NCBI RefSeq assembly: GCF_006345805.1
Contig: NC_042999.1
Coordinates: 23,436,001-23,500,000, forward strand
Origin: Octopus sinensis
Lineage: Eukaryota
Reading direction: 5' to 3'
DNA: 64,000 bases
The position numbers were made by a program, and so were the translations under genes. Shown here one piece after another: positions 1 to 11,860 of this stretch (its first letter is position 1; every line of letters starts with the position of its first letter). The notes under the pieces are model-generated. The model was given only the letters and a program-made list of their open reading frames with translations. It had not been told where the DNA came from and did no database searches.

Positions 1-318
1 CTCCCCCCCTCCTCATCTAACCCCCCTCTCCCACCTCCTCACCTATCCTTTCTCCCCCCGACCCCTACTTCTTCAGTCCTTCATCCTTTCACCCCTACTC
101 GCCTTCCCTTCTTCCCTCTTTCTCCCTCCCTCTTCCCCTTCCTCTGCTCCCTCACTCCCTCTCTCCCCCTCTCCCTCTTTCCTCCTTCATCCCCCTCCTC
201 CCCTTCCTTCTCCCCCTTCCTCTCCTCTTCCCTCTTCTCCTCCCCCTCTTCTTCCCCTCCCCTCTCTCCCCCCTCTTCTCCCCCTCTTCTCCCCCTCTTC
301 TCCCCCTCCCCCTCTTCT
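1..318. repeat. Polypyrimidine (C/T-rich) low-complexity tract
   Basis: Almost exclusively C and T on the + strand; the G/E/R-rich ORF 152-385 is its translation. Confidence 0.9.
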
Positions 319-359
319 CCTCACTACACCACATGACTTTACACATCATATCACATATG

Positions 360-611
360 ATGTGCCATACTAATACACACACCAACTAATACATACTAAT
401 ACGTACTAATACATACTAGTACATACTAATACTTACACCAACCCTATACATACACAGGTCCAGACCCCGCATACGCACTTATACTCTCTCACACACACAC
501 ACACATACCTATACATACCAATACGTACTAATACATACTAATACATACTAATACATACACCAACCCCATACATACGCATGTCCAGACCAATCTTACGCAC
601 TAATACTCTCT

Positions 612-650
<39 letters not shown>

Positions 651-720
651 ATACATACTAATACATACACCAACCCTATACATACACACATCCAGACCCC
701 TCCCACGCACTTTTAGCTGG
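360..720. repeat. Microsatellite-derived tandem repeat (~110-125 bp unit, about 3 copies)
   Basis: The block 'accaaccctatacatac...tccagacc...acgcactta' recurs near 439, 558 and 669, separated by (CA)n and 'atacatacta' runs. Confidence 0.7.
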
Positions 721-883
721 TCCCTCAACCCATTTATCAACCCTATTATCTCCCCTTATTTCGCTCTCGCATCTCATGTTTGATCTTTGACCTCTGGCCG
801 AAATCAGATCGCCATGTTGATTCGTTAGCTACTGCACGCATTTTTTTTCTCTCCTTCTTTCTGTGTTTTTCTCTCTCTGTGTA

Positions 884-921
884 TCTTTCTGTTGAAGAGC
901 GTAGGTTCGAAACGTTAAAGA
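884..921 (+). ncRNA. Variant minimal type I hammerhead ribozyme motif (core CUGUUGA plus an extra A)
   Basis: TCTTT(884-888) CTGTTGA A GAGC-gtag-GTTC GAAA CG T T AAAGA(917-921). Stem I 5 bp, stem II 4 bp, palindromic ACGT stem III; core position 6 is U instead of A. Confidence 0.5.
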
Positions 922-1019
922 CTTGTTTTATTTATATTTCCTGAGCGCCATACTAATACAATTGTTCGTTTGTTTTCCACCTGCCTTCGTCTTTTGTTTA
1001 TTTTCATAAAGCTTCCCGT

Positions 1020-1056
<37 letters not shown>

Positions 1057-1086
1057 TTGTATATACACATATATATATTTCTGCAC

Positions 1087-1119
<33 letters not shown>

Positions 1120-1372
1120 CATACATATATGTGTGTATGTGTGTGTATGTATGTGTGTATGTATGTATGATACTCTTGAATATTTACGTTTTGATATCAA
1201 TTGAGACACGTGTATTGATCGATGTTTTAACAATTCACTTGTTTCTCTGCTCCGTTGAACTTGTTGAAGTGTTAGCTGAACAAATTGGTTCATGTTAGTG
1301 GCCGACAACTACTTGATTACAGCGAGTTGTGCAATATATCCTTTTAGAAGCACAGACGAATATGAGAGAAAG

Positions 1373-1427
<55 letters not shown>

Positions 1428-1574
1428 TAAAGAGAGAGAGAATTCACGGTGATAGCAGGAGATAATGCAGAGGGAAGAAGAGAGAGACAAGAGGTGTTGG
1501 TAAGACGGAAGTGAAAATGATAGTAAATGAAAAATACTAAGATGTGAAAAACAAGCATAACTAATAAAGTTTTT

Positions 1575-2132
1575 AAATTTTGCCACAGAGGCAGCTTGAG
1601 GAAGGTGGAGAAGAGTCGATTACATCGACCCCAGTGCGTAACTGGTACTTATTTCATCGTCCTCGGAAGGATGAATGTCAAAGTCAACCTCACGGAATTT
1701 GAATTCGGAACGTAGCGACGAGCGAAATACCTATTTCTTTACCACCCCCAAGGGGCTAAACACACAGAAGACAAACAAGGACAGACAAACGGATTAAGTC
1801 GATTATATCGACCCCAGTGCGTAACTGTTACTTATTAAATCGACCCCGAAAGGATGAAAGGCAAAGTCGACCTCGGTGGAATTTGATCTCAGAACGTAAT
1901 GGCAGTTTATAATAATAATCCTTTCTACTACTGGCACAAAGCCGGAAATTTGGGGTGAGGGGATGAGTCTATTAGATCGACCCCAGTACGCAAATGGTAC
2001 TTAATTTATCGACCCCGAAAGGATGAAAGGCAAAGTCGACCTCGGCGCAATTTGAACACAGAACGTAGCGGCAGACCAAATACCGTTAAGAATTTCGTCC
2101 AGTGTGCTAACGATTCTGCCGGTTCGCCACCC
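1575..2132 (-). mobile_element. SINE family S3, nested partial copies
   Basis: Repeated 'atcgaccccgaaaggatgaaaggcaaagtcgacctcgg' core; same family at 32609, 40159, 43633, 51445 and 58765. Confidence 0.85.
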
Positions 2133-2267
2133 TTAAATGAAACTAATAATATTAGTAACGTTGTTGAATTTGGGCACAATGCCATTAGTTTTAAGGTAAG
2201 GGATATGTTGATTATATCGTCTCCAGTGCCGAATTCGTAATGGTTTTATTGATCCCGGGAGAATGAA

Positions 2268-2414
2268 ATGTATGAATATGAACAAAGGGCTGTGATAGAA
2301 AATAAGAATTTCAGAATTCTGAGAATCTTATGAGACTTTCCAATGAAGACTGACCATACCATTGAAATACGAATGTGCGATATGATCATAGAGGACAAAA
2401 TAAACAAACTATGG
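2268..2414 (+). pseudogene. R4/Dong-like non-LTR retrotransposon, restriction-like endonuclease region relic
   Basis: Translates MYEYEQRAVIENKNFRILRIL*DFPMKTDHTIEIRMCDMIIEDK, resembling the 'YEHEP..V.EN...KILWDF.IQTD..I...RPD' region of R4-type ORFs; contains an in-frame stop. Confidence 0.55.
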
Positions 2415-2507
2415 AAATACGGTTCTATATTTAAGAGATCGGGAATTATTTACATTATTTACATTATTTACATTTGACGTATATTTGTTCACACCTTGTT
2501 TGTTGTT

Positions 2508-2553
2508 AACACAACGTTTCGACTGATATAACCTCCAGCCTTCATCAGGTGTC
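2508..2553 (-). ncRNA. Minimal type I hammerhead ribozyme motif (CUGAUGA plus an extra A)
   Basis: Minus strand: GACAC CTGATGA A GGCTG-gaggttatat-CAGTC GAAA CG T T GTGTT. Stems I and II pair, stem III is the ACGT palindrome, cleavage triplet GUU. Confidence 0.7.
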
Positions 2554-2602
2554 TTGGTGAAATTTTGAACCTGGATTCTCATTCCTAAGGTTCTCATTCG
2601 AC

Positions 2603-2679
2603 GGGCATATGACGTAGTGTTAAGAGCGCAGGATACTTACCCCAAGATTCCAAGTTCGGATCCAGGCAGTGACTTGAAT

Positions 2680-2738
<59 letters not shown>

Positions 2739-2790
2739 TAATAATAATGATAATAATAATAATAACAACAACATCGAAAAATACCTTAGG
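2603..2790 (+). mobile_element. tRNA-derived SINE head + (AAT)n + start of the hammerhead module, truncated
   Basis: A/B-box-like motifs ('tgacgtagtg', 'agttcggatcc'), then 'ccaggcagtgacttgaat', (AAT)n and 'aacatcgaaaaataccttagg'; homologous layout at 13151-14050. Confidence 0.55.
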
Positions 2791-2794
2791 TGAC

Positions 2795-2830
<36 letters not shown>

Positions 2831-3360
2831 GATTATGTTGATGATAATGATGATGGTGATGATGGTGATGATGATGATGAGGAGGATGGTGATGAAGACG
2901 ACAATAAAGATAGCCAACTTGTTTTATTCTTCTCGCTAGCGTCTAAAATTGCATAACTTTTTTAAATTATCAAAACGATAATTATCACCATTTAATGTGA
3001 TGTTTTCCTATTCATTTGTTTTTTTTTCCATTCGCTTAATTACAAGATTAATCATGTAAAAATACATTGGGATTCCAAAGAGTGATAATCATCATCTTCA
3101 TCCTCATCATCATCATAGCCGTCGCCAACATCATCATAATCATCTTTAACATGAAGGACATCATCATCATTATCATCACCATCATTGTCGCCATCACCAT
3201 CGTCGTTGTCGTCGTCATAGCCATTGTCATCGCCGTTTACGTTGTCATTGTTGTTATTTCCGTACCGAGAAGACACCGTTCTAATAATTTGATTTCTTTT
3301 TTAATTGTTTCACTGTTTTTAAAAAGCCTGCCGTGAAAAATAAACAGGCTTGTTCTTTTA

Positions 3361-3781
3361 CGAGATCTGATCAATCAGTATCCGGTCTGTCGCCATAGTA
3401 ACGAAGCTACATGCATGCAGAGTAAAGTTGCTTGGCAAATATTAACCGTAAACTCTGCTGTGCATGCGCACTAAGTTTTAAGGTTTTCGCACACTTCCGC
3501 TGTTTACAGCACAGCTTTGAATGAAGGTGTGTAGCGTGTGATCGTCGCATTAACCATGACAGAGAAAGTTGTCATGGCGATACCTGCTCAGAGGCCGATG
3601 CAAAGTTGCAGAAAGTGTCTGGAGAGGAGTGTGTAAGGTACAAACGAGAGTACGGGGGGTTCATATGGTTCCAAGATGGCCAAAAAAGTCGATATTGACG
3701 AACGTTCTGGGAGAGCCGCAACCAGCAGAACTGTAAAAAAACATCGCAGATGTGCTTGCAGCCGTGAGGGGAAATCGTCGA
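3361..3781 (+). mobile_element. Mariner transposon 5' relic (TIR plus decayed HTH region of the transposase)
   Basis: TA followed by mariner-like TIR 'cgagatctgatcaatcagtatccgg'; frameshifted LQKVSGEEC...WFQDG...DERSGR...NIADVLAAVRGNRR matches the mariner N-terminal HTH. Confidence 0.7.
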
Positions 3782-3841
3782 ATATATATTTAAATATATA
3801 TGAGCATATCTAGATATACAACTATATGCATGAGAATACAT

Positions 3842-4063
3842 ACTCTTTTACTCTTTTACTTGTTTCAGTCATTTGACTGCGGCCATGCTGGAGCACCGCC
3901 TTTAGTCGAGCATATCGACCCCGGGACTTAGTCTTTGTAAGCCTAGTACTTATTCTATCGGTGTCTTTTGCCGAACCGCTAAGTGACGGGGACGTAAACA
4001 CACCAGCATTGGTTGTCAAGCAATGCTAGGGGGACAAACACAGACACACAAACACACACATGC

Positions 4064-4123
<60 letters not shown>

Positions 4124-4127
4124 GACA

Positions 4128-4171
<44 letters not shown>

Positions 4172-4337
4172 TACGACAGGCTTCTTTCAGTTTCCGTCTA
4201 CCAAATCCACTCACAAGGTATTGGTCGGCCCGGGGCTATAGCAGAAGACACTTGCCCAAGATGCCACGCAGTGGGACTGAACCCAGAACCACGTGGTTGG
4301 TTAACAAGCTACTTACCACACAGACACTCCTGCGCCT
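3842..4337 (-). mobile_element. Composite SINE S2 (tRNA/CORE-like head - (TA)n - body - (GAGTAAAA)n tail)
   Basis: Full copy; head 'aggcgcaggagtg...ttgggcaagtgtctt', tail stem-loop CAGTC-aaat-GACTG; more than 12 copies in the window. Confidence 0.9.
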
Positions 4338-4401
4338 ATACATGAAACAAAACATACAAATCTGCACATATAAATGCATACATACATACATACATACATA
4401 C

Positions 4402-4505
4402 AAAAATACCCTGTTGTTGATGTTGAAATCCCAATAAAGGATCTAAATTAGAAACGGTCTCTTTCTCTTTTGGCTAGATATCCTGGATTAAAACTGAATA
4501 ATGAC
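4402..4505 (+). repeat. Unclassified interspersed repeat starting 'aaaaataccctgttg', usually following (CATA)n
   Basis: Homologous copies at 16776-16885, 17501-17605 and 49309-49392. Confidence 0.75.
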
Positions 4506-7500
4506 ATACACTACCGTCAGAAATTAATTAGCACCCTTGATTTGCTCTTCACTCAAGGTATGTGCTGTCACCTAGTGGCCATATCTCGAACTATTGCTTT
4601 GTTGCGAGTTCACTGTTGCGCAGAACGATGACGTAACTTTGTTTGCAGAGCAGTTTGAGAGTCTACAGCCTTATGATGTTGACATAGCAGTGCAACAACA
4701 ACTTGGAGTACGGATGCAGACAAATCTTCCTTTGTTTAATAGATATAGGTAGCGCCTCGCAAGGACCGAAATCACACCATACTAAGTTTTCTCATCGCGT
4801 AAGACGTTTTGAACAGCTCATAGGTTAATTGATTTAACCTATTTAATGTAGAAATTTGAGAAGTGCTAATTAATTTCTGACGCAAGTGTACATACCTACA
4901 TTCATAGATACATATACATATACATACTTCATACGTGTCTACATACCTACATAAATATATATACACACACATACACACATGCATACATATACATGTAATA
5001 TATACACACACACATACGCACATACGTACATATACAAGAATACTATATTCAATTTTTGGGGGATTAATCGATATGCGGGTATTCTATTTCGGATAATACA
5101 AAATTAACCTAATGAGTATATCTGACAGTAAACTCATGGTATCAGTTTGCACATCACGAAATAATACTTAAAGGATATAACCAAAATTACCAGCTGGGCA
5201 TATAATGTACTTCATTATTTATATCATACTTTAGTTAATACTTATATTTATTAAATATGAAGGAACTACACGTGTTATATATATATGCTTGTATGTACAC
5301 GCACAAACAGACATACACATCTCAAGTCAAGTAATAAGTTTACGTTATAATAAAGGTTACTAATGAAACAATTGTAGTAATACCAGGCAACTCATCCGTC
5401 TGTCTTTATTAAATGTGTCTGTGTGAGAATGTGTCAGTGTGTGCCAGTGCGTGTGTGTGTGTGTGAGTATGTGTGTTTATGTGTGTGCGTGCGTGTGTGT
5501 GTATCAAGAGAGTCAAAGAGAGAGATAGAAGCCAGAGGCAGACATACACACATACAGAGACACTGACCGAGAGTCAGATAAGTACACCACAGATAAATAG
5601 ATTTTACATTCACTCACAATTCTACACCTCTCTCTACATCCTCACGCATATGCGAACGGATATAGCCACATAAATACATACGTGTATTCCTGTACGTAAA
5701 CTAATGATAAAATGCCTGAGCCAGATGATGGTTAATTTTGGCTTGCTAATTTCGTTTGTGTCTAAATTCAGCAAGTGTACCATTAATTAATCATAATTTT
5801 GGCTGTAACATATGATGCTGCTTAATTTTTTAAGCATTCATCTCTCCAGAAATTCAATTAACATCCAGCTCATGGCCACTTATACGTAGATGTATGCCTA
5901 TGTCAAATTATTTTGGACTAATCACAATAATATTTGGAGAAAGCTCCATTGGTGGAACACAAGAATGGAACGAAACGAAATATATTTTTGTTCTTTCGAC
6001 TTAGGTCCTTGCTGGTTGAGGTGACATTCAATCAAATGTACGTTCCAGATACGACCATCCTGACGTTTTATAGAACTAGTAATGTCTTGGCCAATGCGTT
6101 TTCTGTTTTTTTTTTTTTTTTAGACAGTCGCTAGGTTGAAATATAATGAGATTTTCCTGTAGCTTTTAAAGAACCAAGAAATAATATAGAAGCTCTTTCA
6201 TTGGCCTATTTTTGTTCCTGTTGTTGTTGTTTGGCACGTGGTCAATAGTGAGCAGAGACATCTATAATCAAATGTATTCCCTTATCGACCGTTTCATTTT
6301 TTCTGAAGTAAAGTACTGTCGCTGGATCCACAGGGTCGGTTACCTGATTTCCCTGGCGCATGCGTGGCCGAGATTAGAATAATCCTTCTCAACGAGAGAC
6401 CAGTTCATTCCAGGAATACTTATTTTCAGATGGGTTGACTGGAGCAACGTGAAATGAAGTGCTTTGCTCAAGAACACAATGCACAGCCCAATCCCATAAG
6501 TTGAAACCACGATCTTGCCATCAAGACGGCAACACCCTAACCACTACGCCTTCTGCCTTTTTTTAAAGAAGTATGTTGAGTTAGGATGTGTTTTTCCTAT
6601 TTAAGACTGTATGGTATACTTTCGGAAAATTGTTATTTCTGAAAGCTGTTATTTCTAGCAATTTGAGTATCCACTTGCAGAATTTCTTTCCAGCCTTTTC
6701 CCTACCAAGTATCCCTTTATAATTGAATAAAGATTTTCTATGAATTACAGGCTTTGAAACGTCTGACCACTCAATCTTTGAATTCAACCCACGTCCTCCT
6801 CAATCGTTTTCTTTGTGGGGTTAGAGTTGTATAAGTTCCGGTTGCCTTCGTTTAGTTCTGAATTGTTCAGCGGTGGTGCTCCAGCATGACTGCAGCAATA
6901 ACATGAAACACTTTAAAGAATTAAAGAAAATAATATAATCCTACTTCATGACTGTTGGGGTTGATGGAAATGGTTGTGGTGTTGATGTATGCCAATATCA
7001 AAAGGAGTGTTTGTTGAAGTGCTTACATTTGTTAATAGTTTCCGATCTAGTGTTTTAGCTTGCATTAAAGGTTCTTCTATTCCAGAATAAAAACGTTTAT
7101 CTGAAATGAGCATATTTCGCACTGTCTGGTTCAGTTTATTTATTATTTCACCTTAGATTCTGTAGATGCTGTTTGTGTTCCAGAGCATAACAAATATCGT
7201 GACACATGAATACGACAAACACGTTTCACCTTTGTTGAAGCTTGTCAATGCTGGACACTCGATTGTCAACTACTTAAACTGAGTTCGTGCCTCAATTTCT
7301 GCTTAAGTGGTTGACATTCAGGTTTATTAAATGTTTCAGCTGTGTTTGACATGTTTTTCAACAACTTGGAGTAAGTTTGAAATAACAAATTAAAATTTTG
7401 TTAATTTCTTTATCGCTAAAGACTGTTGCTTTTAGTATTAAAAGCAGAATAGGTAAAATTATGTATTTGGTCGTATTACGATAACAGGTTTGTACAAAGA

Positions 7501-8742
7501 ATATGAAATTTAAGTGCTTTAGTCCATGAGACAGTAAAGCGCTGATAGGATGACATCTTGGTTGTAAGTTTCGTAACCTATAAATTGAGCTTTTATAGTC
7601 TAGGTGAATGCAAATGTTTTACTTAAATAAGGCCACTGAAAGAATGAATTATAATCAATCAAAAACTTAGAAATACCATAATCATGAGTGTGATGGAAAG
7701 ACAAGTAGCTTGTGCTTTTTAAAGTATGGGTTTCATATTCTTATCATTAATTAAATTGATCTTGAAGTAATCAATATATATATAAGACATGGGACCAAAC
7801 GAAGAGGAGAATTTTACAGACAGATTATGTTAGGTGAAGTAAAATGAGTAAATTAAATATTCGTAATTGAATAGAAATTGGCAATTAAAATATTGACATC
7901 TTAATTGTGCCAAATTGATACATGAGTGATTTCGTGTTGCTGTCAGTATTACTGATGTTGTTGTAAAGAGTTTTATAGACTGTCGTTTTATGACAGCTTT
8001 CAGATATTGCAATGATGTTTCCCCCTTTTAGGGTAAAATCTTAACAATTCCATTTAACTGCGTTTGGTGAGCTTTACGAAATCTACGTTTGTGACATTGC
8101 TTTGAATCTGAGCCAAGCCCTTGCACTCAATTCTCTTTCCAAACCTTTTAATTCCATTTTCTGTATCCCATTTCTTTGAATATGACAAAAGCAAAATGGA
8201 AAACTCATTTTAAAGTATCGTGACCGTTTTAGCTTTTTTTTAAATCTATTTTCAATTACTATTTTAATGTAGACAATATACTATAATGTAGTGTTGTATA
8301 ATGTATTATAGAAACAATAGACTGTTGTGTAAAGTAGTGTAGTTAATATTAATGCTTTTGGAAAGTTACTTTATGTCCCGAGGAAATAATTCACTTGAAT
8401 GTTCAACTATTTCAATATAAACCGTTTCATCTGTTCGTTTTACAGGTGTTTATTCTCTCTCACTCAGAACAGTAGGAACATTGCCAGAACCAGACTATTA
8501 CCTGTGGCTACGTAGAAGAAATAGAATTTAAGGCAACTTGTTAACTGTGGTTTGAATTAGTAAAACTTAATTCAATAATAACAAAATATTGAATGCGTGT
8601 GAATAGGCACCCATGAATTGTAAGTTAGTATAAAGTTTCTGGACAGCCATTCTGGTGATTAGTTAAGATTACTATTCATTTACAATGAACTACAGCTGAG
8701 ATACAGTCTCTTATCACGACTTCTTTAGTTGTGATAGATGAA

Positions 8743-9127
8743 TGGAAGCACTCCGTCGGTTACGACGATGAGGGTTCCGGTTGATCCGAATCAACGGAAC
8801 AGCCTGCTCGTGAAATTAACGTGTAAGTGGCTGAGCACTCCACAGACACGTGCACCCTTAACGTAGTTCTCGGGGATATTCAGCGTGACACAGAGAGTGA
8901 CAAGGCCGGCCCTTTGAAATACAGGTACAACAGAAACAGGAAGTAAGAGTGAGAGAAAGTTGTGGTGAAAGAGTACAGCAGGGATCACCACCATCCCCTG
9001 CCGGAGCCTCGTGGAGATTTTAGGTGTTTTCGCTCAATAAACACTCACAACGCCCGATCTGGGAATCGAAACCGCGATCCTATGACCGCGAGTCCGCTGC
9101 CCTAACAACTGGGCCATTGCGCCTCCA
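8743..9127 (-). mobile_element. tRNA-derived SINE S1, full length, 11-bp TSD
   Basis: Head 'ggaggcgcaatggcccagt..', anticodon-like TCG (tRNA-Arg-like); TSD gttgtgataga at 8728-8738 and 9130-9140. Confidence 0.9.
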
Positions 9128-9914
9128 CTGTTGTGATAGAGGATCCCTGTCACTCGTTAACAATGTTACTATAACGTTCCAAAGCGTCGCATAAATTAAA
9201 CGCACCGTGCTTCATGTTATCGTATGGAAATTGTTTAGTCATTCATCTTTTGTTTTTCAGCTTCAAATCGGTTGTAATGAATAAGGAAAGACTGATCTAG
9301 CCTTTCTTGTTTGTTTGTCCAATGTTTTCTATACCAGTGGCTACATTTTCTGAAGTAGTTTCTGCTTCAAAATGGTACGGTACGACTTGAAGAAAATGCT
9401 GCACATATTTGTATCGGAGAATGAAGATGTAGAAGCTTCCTCAATGAAGTACTTGGGGTTGGAACAAAATTAATGGAAATAAAAATAATTCCAGGAAGAT
9501 ACAGAAGGAAATATAAGGAAACAAGAAGTCACGGAGAATTGTTTTTACCAAAATGGAAAACAAAAAAAACTCATATATTTTCAAAAACAAAACGTTAGAT
9601 GTTTGCGATTGGGTAAGTTCCTGGCCCAGGGTTAAATAAAATACAGAAGTATAAGTTAATTATGATTTTATTTATCATATTCCCCTCTCAGATTCAAACG
9701 TTTATTGCAGCCTCCTTCAGTTTTCTAAGCCCTGTAAAAGAACACGGACGTGTGGGTCTCCAATCAGGCATTTCGTGACACCATTAAAGCCAGGAATTTT
9801 TTAGCACCCCCTCGTACACATACACATATCCTTCCATGATCAAGCCAGCCTAGTAAAAATTGCAATTTTATTTACCCTGCAGTAAAGAAGAGTCCATCCC
9901 AAAGCAAAGTTGAC

Positions 9915-10070
9915 AGCGCATTTTTTTTTCTCGGCAGCCAAAAAATACCGGCATTTTTTCGAACAGTTTTCCAGAAAAAATTATTGATTATTAATTATTG
10001 ATAAATTTTTCTGGAGAATTGTTCGAAGAAATGCCGGTATGTTTTTGCTGCCGACAAAAAAAACTGCGCT
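9915..10070. repeat. Imperfect palindrome / MITE-like hairpin (~156 bp)
   Basis: 'agcgca..cggcagc..ataccggcatttt..cgaacagtt.tccagaaaaaatta' is mirrored by 'taaatttttctggagaattgttcgaagaaatgccggtat..gctgccga..tgcgct'. Confidence 0.75.
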
Positions 10071-10358
10071 TGCGCGGTGGACTTGAAAATATTAAAATTT
10101 ATAAGCAAGAGGCACATGCTGGATTTGCCTCGTACTTACAATTTTAATCTAGGCATACCTGTTGATGAAGACTTCGCCTAGCAAATTGTTTTATTTGCTA
10201 AAATAAGTCAGAAACCATGGTCCAGGAAATAGATGGTAAATGTTTTTATTTTTCATTCCCTTCGTATTTTTATCCCTAATAATGGTTTGGACTTTAGCTG
10301 TTCCTTCTAGCGTGAAACGAATCCTATGAAGGATACTTCTTATGTGTATAAATGTACA

Positions 10359-10394
<36 letters not shown>

Positions 10395-11341
10395 CAAGAA
10401 GCACTTAAGCAAGTCTAGAATTTATTCAACAGAACAGACTTATTGATGTGATGTTCATTTCAATTTATATCACAAGACGCTAGCGGTGTTTAATGTGGAG
10501 GAGAAAGGTCCATTTTGGAGAACATAAATACTTTTGGTTTACAAAAAGATTGTAAGCATACAAACATATAGAGAGACTGGGCGAAACGGTTTGATGGTGC
10601 AGAATATTGGATAGTGATGTCTAAGAAAATTTTACGCTAATATTTGTCAATAAAGTATTTGTAGATTTTTGCTTCTGAATGTCGGTTGCGATAAGTTAAG
10701 TAGATTGCATTTCAATACACGCGTAAAGCGATTCCAGGAAAGGATCATTGCTGTGATAAGAGAGCTGAGGCTATAAGAGCGAGGTTATACCTCTTAGTAG
10801 ATCCAATAATTTCGCTATCAGGAGTTGTATCAGTTGAAGTTATCTATCTTAGCGAGTGAGAATGGAAAGTAGCTCAAACCAGCGGATGCTATCAGAGTAG
10901 CTGAGAGTCAATGCACTGGGTCAGAAAGATAATTTTCTCAAATATAGAATTCATTGCAGATTAAGCAATCAGTTATTTTTGGCAGAAATAATTGATTAAC
11001 CCTTCACTGCCGCTTCATGTACTTATCTGAACAGACTGGAGCTTTCGTGTTGAAATCAATGCAAAGGAAAGAATAGACATTAGAAGGCATCATACCTTAT
11101 CGCGTAAATCTTTAACATATAACATTATGGGTGATGAACAAGATTTGAGACAAACAAAAGTACCATTAAATGATTGAATTTCATGTTAAACAGCTTCTTG
11201 TTTCAACTTCTCAATGAATGAAGAACAGATTCTGAGAAATGAATATTGATAAAATTTAGTTGTAATATAACAGAGAGGAGAGCTGAATGTTCCATACAGT
11301 CCATAAGCAATGTAACAGATTCTTCTTTCTTTTTTTTCCCT

Positions 11342-11436
11342 TCTTCTAATCATCATCATTTCAATTATCGTCGTCATCGTCGTTGTCGTTGTCGCTGTCA
11401 TAGGCATCTTCGTCGCCGTCGTCATCATCATCGTCG

Positions 11437-11505
<69 letters not shown>

Positions 11506-11860
11506 CAAACCTCACCACCGCAACCACCACCACCACCATCATCGTCATCAACATCATCATCATCATCAAAAGCGTTACCACAACCACCATCACCACCACC
11601 ACCACCACCGTCGTCGTCGTCGCCATCATTATCATCATCATCATCATCATAACCAACAGTAATTGAGTGAAATGAAATTTTGGCCACCATAATTATCATC
11701 ACCACTACCACCACCACCAGCGACACCATCATCATCATAACCAACAGTGGTGATTGAGTGAAATGAAATATTCGTCACCATCATTATCACCACCATCATC
11801 ACCACCACCACCATCATCATCATCATGATAACCAACGGTAATGATTGAGTGAAATGAAAT
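11342..11860. repeat. (CAT)n/(CAC)n trinucleotide tract with a 3-unit minisatellite at its end
   Basis: Poly-His/Met/Asp ORFs; 'ataaccaac.gt..attgagtgaaatgaaat' at about 11649, 11737 and 11828. Confidence 0.85.

Noticed and set aside
3822-4345. Recurrent ORFs '[18 protein letters not shown]...', '[10 protein letters not shown]...' and 'MFIERKHLKLHEAPAG...' across the window
   Set aside because: They recur only because SINE S1 and S2 recur; they are broken differently in each copy and show no protein family resemblance.
6581-6787. 68-aa ORF in non-repetitive sequence
   Set aside because: Short, no recognisable motif and no clear splice context.
11649-11860. Repeat-spacer-like pattern suggesting CRISPR
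   Set aside because: The spacers are (CAC/CAT)n microsatellite, the context is eukaryotic and there are no cas genes.
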